A stretch of 5,286 nt of DNA from a virus (lineage: Duplodnaviria; Heunggongvirae; Uroviricota; Caudoviricetes): IMG/VR virus record IMGVR_UViG_2744054628_000003, positions 1 to 5,286 of that record; one strand, 5' to 3'. Within the stretch, counting starts at the first letter, position 1; every line of letters begins with the position of its first letter. This document shows, piece by piece, positions 1 to 5,286 of this stretch. The position numbers and the translations under genes are program-made. Below the pieces are notes generated by a model, which saw nothing but the letters and a program-made list of their open reading frames with translations, had not been told where the DNA came from and searched no databases.

Positions 1-473
1 CCTTCTGCGCCCACGCTGAAGTCCACGGTCTGCGTCTCCAGCAGCTCCGTTTTAATCAGCCACAGCCCGGCGCGGTGTGCCTGCCCCCGGCTGGTACAGC
101 CAAAGGCATCCATCTTCGTGACGTTACGACCGTAACGGACAATGGCCTGCGTATCCTCCACAAGCTCTGTCGCCGTCTCCCAGCCGTTATTCGGGTCAAT
201 CCAGTTCACCTCAACGGCATTATGACGGTCCTTCAGGGCGCTGAAGCTGTAGCGGAACGGCGCGCCATCATCCGGCATCACCACATTACTGCGGTTATAG
301 GTCCACACCTTATCCGATGGCCGGTCCTGCACGAACGTCAGCGTCTGCCCGTTCCATACCGGCATACAGCGCATCGCCGAGCAGAAATCACTGAGCACAT
401 CCCACGCCTTGCGCTGCGTGGTCAGGTACGCATTACAGGTGATACGCGGTTCCGTGCCACCAAAGCCATCCGG
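1..473 (-). pseudogene. J: Internal fragment of lambda-type tail tip / host-specificity protein J; 5' part deleted at the V/J joint, 3' part continues beyond the window start
   Basis: Own translation of the minus strand (codons 473-471 downward; absent from the supplied ORF track because it has no ATG and no stop inside the window): [158 protein letters not shown]... I recognise this from memory as the central part of lambda gpJ (very roughly residue 320 onward). Open for 157 codons to the window edge. No in-frame start at the joint, and the frame differs from V'. Confidence 0.85.
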
Positions 474-916
474 CGTCCCACGTTGGTGACTTTCACCGTG
501 CGGGTGATCACTTCCTTCGCCGTCACCGCCTTACCGATACTGCTGACCCAGCCGCGGAACACATCGACCGTGCCGTTCGGGAAGCGGATTTTATAGGCAC
601 GGGTATCCCCTTCATTAAACCACGCCAGCAGCGCCTGCTGCCCCTGCTCTCCGGGCATCCACGCCAGCGTGAAGCTGGTATCTCCGGCAGATTTCTGCCC
701 CTGCCCGGTCGCAGTCCAGTCCGCATCTTCATCATCGAGATAGCTGTCGTCATAGGACTCAGCGGTCAGTTCGCCGGGCGTCAGGTCTTTAACTTTAGCC
801 AGACGCGACCAGTCAACGTCTGAAAGCGGGTTCGCATAAGGGTCACCGCTCCCCTTATAAACCCACAGGGTGGTCCCGGCACCTTTCACCGGCATTACAG
901 GATTTGGTACAGGCAT
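422..916 (-). CDS. V: Truncated major tail (tube) protein V: N-terminal tube domain (~148 aa) followed by a 16-aa out-of-frame tail; C-terminal Ig-like domain missing
   Basis: ORF track 422..946 (-). I prefer the internal start ATG at 916-914 ([36 protein letters not shown]...), which has a GAGGA Shine-Dalgarno at 921-925, 4 nt upstream; the ATGs at 946 and 934 lack one. The sequence through ...[16 protein letters not shown] matches lambda gpV as I remember it. After GR the frame enters J-derived DNA out of frame and reads [16 protein letters not shown] before TGA at 424-422. gpV's C-terminal Ig-like (Big_2) domain is absent. Confidence 0.85.
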   Translation of the reverse strand: MPVPNPVMPVKGAGTTLWVYKGSGDPYANPLSDVDWSRLAKVKDLTPGELTAESYDDSYLDDEDADWTATGQGQKSAGDTSFTLAWMPGEQGQQALLAWFNEGDTRAYKIRFPNGTVDVFRGWVSSIGKAVTAKEVITRTVKVTNVGRRMALVARNRVSPVMRT

Positions 917-923
917 AGCGTCC

Positions 924-1319
924 TCACATTTCATAGGTAATGACATAAGTCAGATCGGCAGAACTCCACAGGCCCGCATCATCGTCGCGCCGGTAGTCAT
1001 AGCCGCTGGCCACCATACTGGTGATCAAATCTGACAGTGCCGGGATATCGCTCATCACCGGATAAATCCGGGACTCCATCCATGCATCCAGCTCTGAATC
1101 CGGCACCTGAGCAGGCAGGAAAACTTCAATATGCAGCTCCGCCTGCCAGGTATCGCTGTCCAGCTCTTCGCCCGTGTATTCAGCGCCGGTGAGATAAACG
1201 GCAATTGCCGGAAAATCTTCCTCATCAAAAACAGCGGGGCGACCATCAAAAAGCGTCGCCCCGGTGTCATGCTTCTCCAGTGCATCCAGTACGGCTGCAC
1301 GGAGTTCAGTATGTTTCAT
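924..1319 (-). CDS. U: Tail terminator protein U (lambda gpU-like), apparently intact, 131 aa
   Basis: ORF track 924..1319 (-): [131 protein letters not shown], recognised as lambda gpU with full-length size. Its ATG (1319-1317) overlaps the TGA of the upstream ORF (ATGA), and its own TGA (926-924) abuts the V Shine-Dalgarno. Confidence 0.9.
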   Translation of the reverse strand: MKHTELRAAVLDALEKHDTGATLFDGRPAVFDEEDFPAIAVYLTGAEYTGEELDSDTWQAELHIEVFLPAQVPDSELDAWMESRIYPVMSDIPALSDLITSMVASGYDYRRDDDAGLWSSADLTYVITYEM

Positions 1320-3274
1320 CGCTTTATTACCATTCTCAGTTGATGCTGCAGCGCATAGCCCAGCTCTTTCGGAAGACGTTCACGCCGTATCCGTTCAATA
1401 TTCTGTTTAAACGCCGTGGTCAGCGGCACCGCCATCGGGATTTTCACCACATCAATGGGGTAACGGTTTTTCCCGGCCACACGCTGCATAACATGCCACC
1501 GGCCGTTTTTCAGTTGCTGAATAAACGCGCCGGGAATACGACGGTTACCCACCACAAGCACGCTGCCGCCACCTTTCAGGGATGAACGCTGCCCCTTTTT
1601 ACGACGCCTGCGGCGGGACAGGACAACCCGCGCATTACCCAGCTTGATTACGGGCAAATCCCCCCGGTTAACTTTGATTCTGGCCTGCGGATTTTTGACC
1701 GTGGCCCTTTTCAGCCTGGCCCTTTCCTTTACCAGTTTCCGGCGTACCTTTGTCTCACGGGCAACCTGTGACGCAGACTGCGATATCGCGGATGAAGCAA
1801 CGCGGTTAATGGGGATCACCCGGAACAGCCCATGTTTTTTCGAGCGTTCATACACAATGGTCGGGTCAATCCCGCCAGTATCCCAGCAGATACGGGATAT
1901 CGACATTTCTGCACCATTCCGGCGGGTATAGGTTTTATTGATGGCCTCATCCACACGCAGCAGCGTCTGTTCATCGTCGTGGCGGCCCATAATAATCTGC
2001 CGGTCAATCAGCCAGCTTTCCTCACCCGGCCCCCATCCCCATACGCGCATTTCGTAGCGGTCCAGCTGGGAGTCGATACCGGCGGTCAGGTAAGCCACAC
2101 GGTCAGGAACGGGCGCTGAATAATGCTCTTTCCGCTCTGCCATCACTTCAGCATCCGGACGTTCGCCAATTTTCGCCTCCCACGTCTCACCGAGCGTGGT
2201 GTTTACGAAGGTTTTACGTTTTCCCGTATCCCCTTTCGTTTTCATCCAGTCTTTGACAATCTGCACCCAGGTGGTGAACGGGCTGTACGCTGTCCAGATG
2301 TGAAAGGTCACACTGTCAGGTGGCTCAATCTCTTCACCGGATGACGAAAACCAGAGAATGCCATCACGGGTCCAGATCCCGGTCTTTTCGCAGATATAAC
2401 GGGCATCAGTAAAGTCCAGCTCCTGCTGGCGGATGACGCAGGCATTATGCTCGCAGAGATAAAACACGCTGGAGGGGTCATCCGGCGTCCATTTGAGGCC
2501 AAACGGCGTCTCTTTGTCGCCAAATTTAAGATACTGCTCCTCCCCGCAATGCGGGCAGGCAACATGAAAACGCATAAAATGCGGGGATTCACTGGCTGCA
2601 CGCTCAATCTGACAGGTGCCTCTCACTTTGGGCGTGGAGCCACGGATGGACTTTGGCCAGACCGAGCCTTCAATACGTTTGTCGCCAAGGAACGTCGGAG
2701 AGCCTTCCTGTTCAATATCCTCATCAAAGGCAGCAAGTTCATCATAACCCGCCACATCCACTGACTTTTCACGGTAGTTTTTTGCCGCTTTACCGCCCAG
2801 GCACCAGAAGCCACGACCATTGGAAAAACGCTTCATAGTGAGCGTGTTATCCCGGTGCTTTTTGCCATACCACGGAGCCAGCGCCAGCAGCGACGGAATA
2901 TCGCGGATGGTCGGCTCAACGTGGGTTTTCATAAAGTTCTCGGCATCACCATCCGTCGGCAACCAGATAAGGGTGTTGCGCTGCTTATGCTCTATAAAGT
3001 AGGCATAAACACCCAGCAGCATTTTGGAATAACCGACACGGGCAGACTTCACCACATTCACCTCACGGATGTAGTCGCTGCCCATCGCATTCATGATGGC
3101 CCGCTGAAAGGGCAGTGTTTCCCAGCGCCCTTCCTGGTATGCGGATTCTTTCGGGAGATAGTAATTAGCATCCGCCCATTCAACGGCGGTCTGTGGCTCC
3201 GGCCTGAACAGTGAGCGAAGCCCGGCGCGGACAAAATGCCGCAGCCTGTTAACCTGACTGTTCGATATATTCAC
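1316..3274 (-). CDS. A: In-frame chimeric ORF: terminase large subunit A N-terminal ~489 codons (approx 1808..3274) fused to tail completion protein Z C-terminal ~163 codons (approx 1316..1807); deletion derivative, probably non-functional as a terminase
   Basis: ORF track 1316..3274 (-), 652 aa. Residues 1 to ~489 (MNISNSQVNRLRHFVRAGLRSLFRPEPQTAVEWADANYYLPKESAYQEGRWETLPF...KKHGLFRVIPI) match lambda gpA as I remember it. This part includes a Walker A-like KSARVGYSK (residues 76-84, nt ~3023-3049) and a Walker B-like VDVAGYDE (172-179). The remaining 163 residues (NRVASSAISQSASQVARETKVRRKLVKERARLKRATVKNPQARIKVNRGDLPVIKLGNARVVLSRRRRRKKGQRSSLKGGG...LRMVIKR) are very basic and end in the ATGA-coupled start of U, which is where gene Z lies in lambda. 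Lambda gpA is ~641 aa and gpZ ~192 aa (from memory), so ~150 C-terminal codons of A and ~29 N-terminal codons of Z are missing. The start overlaps the nu1 3' end by 26 nt, as I recall for lambda. Confidence 0.85.
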   Translation of the reverse strand: MNISNSQVNRLRHFVRAGLRSLFRPEPQTAVEWADANYYLPKESAYQEGRWETLPFQRAIMNAMGSDYIREVNVVKSARVGYSKMLLGVYAYFIEHKQRNTLIWLPTDGDAENFMKTHVEPTIRDIPSLLALAPWYGKKHRDNTLTMKRFSNGRGFWCLGGKAAKNYREKSVDVAGYDELAAFDEDIEQEGSPTFLGDKRIEGSVWPKSIRGSTPKVRGTCQIERAASESPHFMRFHVACPHCGEEQYLKFGDKETPFGLKWTPDDPSSVFYLCEHNACVIRQQELDFTDARYICEKTGIWTRDGILWFSSSGEEIEPPDSVTFHIWTAYSPFTTWVQIVKDWMKTKGDTGKRKTFVNTTLGETWEAKIGERPDAEVMAERKEHYSAPVPDRVAYLTAGIDSQLDRYEMRVWGWGPGEESWLIDRQIIMGRHDDEQTLLRVDEAINKTYTRRNGAEMSISRICWDTGGIDPTIVYERSKKHGLFRVIPINRVASSAISQSASQVARETKVRRKLVKERARLKRATVKNPQARIKVNRGDLPVIKLGNARVVLSRRRRRKKGQRSSLKGGGSVLVVGNRRIPGAFIQQLKNGRWHVMQRVAGKNRYPIDVVKIPMAVPLTTAFKQNIERIRRERLPKELGYALQHQLRMVIKR

Positions 3275-3794
3275 TCAGCAACCCCGGTATCAGTTCATCC
3301 AGCGCGGCTGCTTTGTTCATGGCTTTGATGATATCCCGTTTCAGGAAATCAACATGTCGGTTTTCCAGTTCCGGAAAACGCCGCTGCACCGACAGGGGGA
3401 TCCCGTCGAGAATACTGGCAATTTCACCTGCGATCCGCGACAACACGAAAGTACAGAATGCGGTTTCCACCACTTCAGCGGAGTCTCTGGCATTCTTCAG
3501 TTCCTGTGCGTCGGCCTGCGCACGCGTAAGTCGATGGCGTTCGTACTCAATAGTCCCTGGCTGGAGATCTGCCTCGCTGGCCTGCCGCAGTTCTTCAACC
3601 TCCCGGCGCAGCTTTTCGTTCTCAATTTCAGCATCCCTTTCGGCATACCATTTTATGACGGCGGCAGAGTCATAAAGCACCTCATTACCCTTGCCACCGC
3701 CTCGCAGAACGGGCATTCCCTGTTCCTGCCAGTTCTGAATGGTACGGATACTCGCACCGAAAATGTCAGCCAGCTGCTTTTTGTTGACTTCCAT
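3249..3794 (-). CDS. nu1: Terminase small subunit Nu1 (lambda gpNu1-like), intact, 181 aa
   Basis: ORF track 3249..3794 (-): MEVNKKQLADIFGASIRTIQNWQEQGMPVLRGGGKGNEVLYDSAAVIKWYAERDAEIENEKLRREVEELRQ..., recognised as lambda Nu1. It has an N-terminal helix-turn-helix-like segment (KKQLADIFGASIRTIQNWQEQG) and a glycine-rich VLRGGGKGNE segment. It lies immediately next to the cos site with the expected spacing and orientation. Confidence 0.92.
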   Translation of the reverse strand: MEVNKKQLADIFGASIRTIQNWQEQGMPVLRGGGKGNEVLYDSAAVIKWYAERDAEIENEKLRREVEELRQASEADLQPGTIEYERHRLTRAQADAQELKNARDSAEVVETAFCTFVLSRIAGEIASILDGIPLSVQRRFPELENRHVDFLKRDIIKAMNKAAALDELIPGLLSEYIEQSG

Positions 3795-3818
3795 TGTTCA
3801 TTCCACGGACAAAAACAG

Positions 3819-3875
3819 AGAAAGGAAACGACAGAGGCCAAAAAGCTCGCTTTCAGCACCTGTCGTTTCCTTTCT
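3819..3875. repeat. Perfect 16-bp inverted repeat (agaaaggaaacgacag ... ctgtcgtttcctttct), R1/R2-like Nu1 binding elements of cosB
   Basis: 3819-3834 agaaaggaaacgacag is the exact reverse complement of 3860-3875 ctgtcgtttcctttct, with a 25-bp spacer. This corresponds to the inverted R elements of lambda cosB (established knowledge; the R1 versus R2 numbering is not verified). Confidence 0.75.
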
Positions 3876-3915
3876 TTTCAGGGGGTATTTTAAATAAAAA
3901 CATTAAGTTACGACG

Positions 3916-3933
3916 AAGAAGAACGGAAACACC
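3916..3933. repeat. Third R-element-like copy (gaagaagaacggaaacac), R3-like, nearest cosN
   Basis: The core gaacggaaac at 3921-3930 resembles gaaaggaaac of the 3819-3834 element, in the same orientation, about 40 bp from the cohesive end. Confidence 0.6.
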
Positions 3934-3971
3934 TTAAACCGGAAAATTTTCATAAATAGCGAAAACCCGCG

Positions 3972-3983
3972 AGGTCGCCGCCC
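3972..3983. other. cosN cohesive-end sequence (12-nt lambda-type cos overhang), phage genome end-joining / terminase nicking site
   Basis: 3972-3983 aggtcgccgccc is the reverse complement of GGGCGGCGACCT, the 12-nt cohesive end of lambda (established knowledge). The flanks (gcgaggtcgccgccccgtaacctgtcggatcgccggaaagg) match my memory of the joined lambda ends with a few substitutions. Confidence 0.9.
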
Positions 3984-4006
3984 CGTAACCTGTCGGATCG
4001 CCGGAA

Positions 4007-4013
4007 AGGACCC
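4007..4013. other. Approximate position of a cosQ-like element (packaging termination signal) on the genome-right-end side of cosN
   Basis: Placed only by analogy: in lambda, cosQ lies roughly 25-30 bp from the nick site on the right-end side. The sequence here is aggaccc, within ccggaaaggacccgcaaaa. The exact boundaries are not verifiable from sequence alone. Confidence 0.3.
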
Positions 4014-4182
4014 GCAAAATGATAATAATTATCATCTACATGTCACAACGTGCATCTACGCCATCAAACCACGTCAAATAATCAATTATGACGCAGGTAT
4101 CGTATTAATTGATCTGCATCAACTTAACGTAAAAACAACTTCAGACAATACAAATCAGCGACACTGAATACGGGACAACCTC

Positions 4183-4416
4183 ATGTCAACGAAGAACAGA
4201 ACCCGCAGAACAACAACCCGCAACATCCGCTTTCCTAACCAAATGATTGAACAAATTAACATCGCTCTTGATCAAAAAGGGTCCGGGAATTTCTCAGCCT
4301 GGGTCATTGAAGCCTGCCGCCGGAGACTGTGCTCAGAAAAAAGAGTTTCTCCTGAAGCAAACAAAGAAAAGAGTGACATTACTGAATTGCTCAGAAAACA
4401 GATCAGACCAGATTGA
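4183..4416 (+). CDS. Small basic protein with ribbon-helix-helix-like N-terminus (YlcI / DUF3950-like), 77 aa
   Basis: ORF track 4183..4416 (+): MSTKNRTRRTTTRNIRFPNQMIEQINIALDQKGSGNFSAWVIEACRRRLCSEKRVSPEANKEKSDITELLRKQIRPD. The pattern is basic N-terminus, short beta-strand (NIRFP), helix (NQMIEQINIALDQ), G-x-G/S-N turn (KGSGNFS), helix (AWVIEACRRRL), typical of CopG/Arc-type RHH folds. It resembles the small protein encoded next to cos in lambda and DLP12-type prophages (from memory). Weak GGGA 9-10 nt upstream of the ATG. Divergent from nu1. Confidence 0.6.
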   Translation: MSTKNRTRRTTTRNIRFPNQMIEQINIALDQKGSGNFSAWVIEACRRRLCSEKRVSPEANKEKSDITELLRKQIRPD

Positions 4417-4472
4417 AGCAATTTAGATAATCGTGCAGACTACGCCCCTCATATCACATGGAAGGTACTACA

Positions 4473-4883
4473 ATGGCTCAGGTTGCCATTTTTAAACAAA
4501 TATTCGATAAAGTGCGAAATAATTTAAACTATCACTGGTTTTATTCTGAACTAAAACGTCACAATGTCTCACATTACATTTACTATTTAGCCACAGAGAA
4601 TATTCATCTTGTTCTTGAAAACGATAATACGGTTTTAATAAAAGGACAGGGTAAGGTTGTAAATGTAAGATTTTCAAAAAATAAATGCCTTATAGAAGCC
4701 ACCTTAAAAGGATTCAAATCAGGAGAGTTATCATTTTACGAATACAGGAAAAATCTTGCTACAGCAGGGGTTTTCAGATGGATTACAAATATCCACGAAA
4801 ACAAAAGGTATTACTATACCTTTGATAATTCATTACTCTTTACTGAGAACATTCAGAACACTACACAAATATTTCCGCACTAA
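4473..4883 (+). CDS. YbcV-like protein (DUF1398 family), function unknown, ~136 aa
   Basis: ORF track 4458..4883 (+). I prefer the ATG at 4473 ([60 protein letters not shown]...) because GGAAGG at 4460-4465 sits 7 nt upstream of it, whereas the ATG at 4458 has no Shine-Dalgarno. The sequence resembles E. coli prophage protein YbcV as I remember it. The gene is AT-rich relative to the structural genes. Confidence 0.7.
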   Translation: MAQVAIFKQIFDKVRNNLNYHWFYSELKRHNVSHYIYYLATENIHLVLENDNTVLIKGQGKVVNVRFSKNKCLIEATLKGFKSGELSFYEYRKNLATAGVFRWITNIHENKRYYYTFDNSLLFTENIQNTTQIFPH

Positions 4884-4891
4884 ATCATAAC

Positions 4892-4920
4892 GTCCGGTTT
4901 CTTCCGTGCCAGAACCGGAC
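4892..4920 (+). terminator. Perfect 8-bp stem / 13-nt loop hairpin 9 nt after the ybcV-like stop; possible transcript-end or stability element (no U-tract)
   Basis: gtccggtt (4892-4899) pairs with aaccggac (4913-4920); the loop is tcttccgtgccag. It is not followed by a T-run, so it is not a canonical intrinsic terminator. Confidence 0.25.
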
Positions 4921-5080
4921 TCGCTGGCATGATGAAATATGTGTACCCGGTAACCCCGGTGTGCATCGTTTTTGATTATTCCCCCACACTTGTGCAGAAG
5001 GAGTTCCCCGTCAGGCTACAGTCATAATTAATGCAAGAGTACAGCGACGATACAGCGCACAGAAATAAATCAGGTATCCA

Positions 5081-5108
5081 TTGACTTCACAAAGACGGTG
5101 CATAGCAT
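5081..5108 (+). promoter_or_regulatory. Weak sigma70-like promoter candidate (TTGACT-N16-TAGCAT) reading rightward, away from cos
   Basis: ttgact at 5081-5086 (5/6 match to TTGACA), a 16-nt spacer, then tagcat at 5103-5108 (4/6 match to TATAAT). No long ORF lies downstream within the window. Confidence 0.2.
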
Positions 5109-5153
5109 CGACAGGAGTAATTGCGTAAATTGAACTCTTGGCACACTTTAGCC

Positions 5154-5192
5154 ACCGGCGAATCTTCAGCGGATTATCCTTGGCCGGTTTTT
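5154..5192 (+). terminator. Intrinsic-terminator-like element: GC-rich stem (accggc/gccggt) followed by TTTTT
   Basis: accggc (5154-5159) pairs with gccggt (5183-5188) around a large 23-nt loop, followed by a T-run (5188-5192, ggccggtttttatctg). The stem is short and the loop large, so this is tentative. Confidence 0.3.
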
Positions 5193-5286
5193 ATCTGAGG
5201 CATTGCTCTCGAATGTATAGCTGTGCCCCTTCAAGTTGTTTTTGCATTATTATCAGTCGCGCTCTGAGGGTGAAATAATCCCGTTC

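Larger units (their letters stand above)
3795..3971. other. cosB-like terminase (Nu1) binding region between cosN and the nu1 start, containing R-element-like repeats and an AT-rich putative IHF site
   Basis: The region between the nu1 ATG (3794-3792) and the cohesive-end sequence is near-identical to my memory of the lambda left end. It contains three copies of a GAA(A/C)GGAAAC-type motif (3819-3834, 3860-3875 inverted, 3916-3933) and an AT-rich stretch (3885-3912, tattttaaataaaaacattaagttacga) where lambda has the IHF site I1. Confidence 0.8.

Noticed and set aside
75-596. 173-aa plus-strand ORF (MCLPPAGTAKGIHLRDV...)
   Set aside because: Antisense to the well-supported J fragment and V' coding sequence; Arg/His-rich, low-complexity translation typical of the reverse strand of a GC-rich gene; no recognisable protein features.
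523-753. 76-aa minus-strand ORF in an alternative frame inside V'
   Set aside because: Fully embedded in V' in another frame; Arg-rich nonsense-like sequence.
1055-1585. Overlapping ORFs 1055..1300 (-), 1131..1343 (+) and 1205..1585 (+)
   Set aside because: All overlap U or the Z-derived segment in other frames or antisense; the co-linear U and Z frames have strong protein-level identity, so these are spurious.
440-1830. Insertion sequence or transposon as the cause of the two deletions
   Set aside because: No transposase ORF, terminal inverted repeats or target-site duplications at either joint; both joints are direct parent-to-parent fusions with at most a few bp of shared sequence.
1644-3214. 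Series of plus-strand and alternative-frame ORFs inside the A'-Z ORF (1644..1931, 1816..2007, 1832..2119, 2123..2344, 2308..2607, 2447..2764, 2623..2820, 2653..2838, 2820..3002, 2855..3214)
   Set aside because: Antisense or out of frame with respect to the terminase large subunit coding sequence, which is clearly the real gene; none shows a recognisable fold or start signal.
3313-3893. Plus-strand ORFs 3313..3675 and 3354..3893, and minus-strand 3653..3859
   Set aside because: The first two are antisense to nu1; 3354..3893 and 3653..3859 also run across the cosB R elements. The region is explained by nu1 and the cos protein-binding sites.
3795-4182. CRISPR array or other tandem repeat array in the non-coding cos region
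   Set aside because: Only three short R-element copies with irregular spacing; these are the known terminase binding sites of cosB, not a repeat-spacer array.
4458-4472. Upstream ATG at 4458 as the start of the ybcV-like gene (MEGTTMAQ...)
   Set aside because: No Shine-Dalgarno precedes it, whereas GGAAGG at 4460-4465 is ideally placed for the ATG at 4473; the longer form is probably not used.
4492-4677. 61-aa minus-strand ORF
   Set aside because: Antisense to the ybcV-like gene in AT-rich DNA; likely chance ORF.
1-5286. Intact, inducible lambda prophage
   Set aside because: Capsid genes and most tail genes are absent; the A and V genes are interrupted by deletion joints, so the element cannot produce virions on its own.

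Overview
This window is the packaging (cos) end of a lambda-like prophage read in reverse orientation, with the late morphogenetic genes on the minus strand. It is a heavily deleted, non-functional derivative rather than an intact phage. Reading right to left on the minus strand: cosB/cosN, an intact nu1 (terminase small subunit), an in-frame chimeric ORF joining the first ~489 codons of terminase large subunit A to the last ~163 codons of tail protein Z, an intact tail terminator U, a truncated and frameshifted major tail protein V (tube domain only), and an internal fragment of tail tip protein J that runs off the window start. Two deletion joints are therefore visible (A/Z near 1805-1811, V/J near 471-476); by analogy with the lambda gene order they remove all capsid genes and the tail genes between V and J. 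On the other side of cos, on the plus strand, an AT-rich accessory segment encodes a small ribbon-helix-helix-like protein (YlcI/DUF3950-like) and a YbcV/DUF1398-like protein, followed by ~400 bp with no long ORF but weak promoter- and terminator-like signals. No rRNA, tRNA, CRISPR array, transposase or integrase was seen. All homology calls rest on my own reading of the translations and memory of phage lambda, not on a database search.
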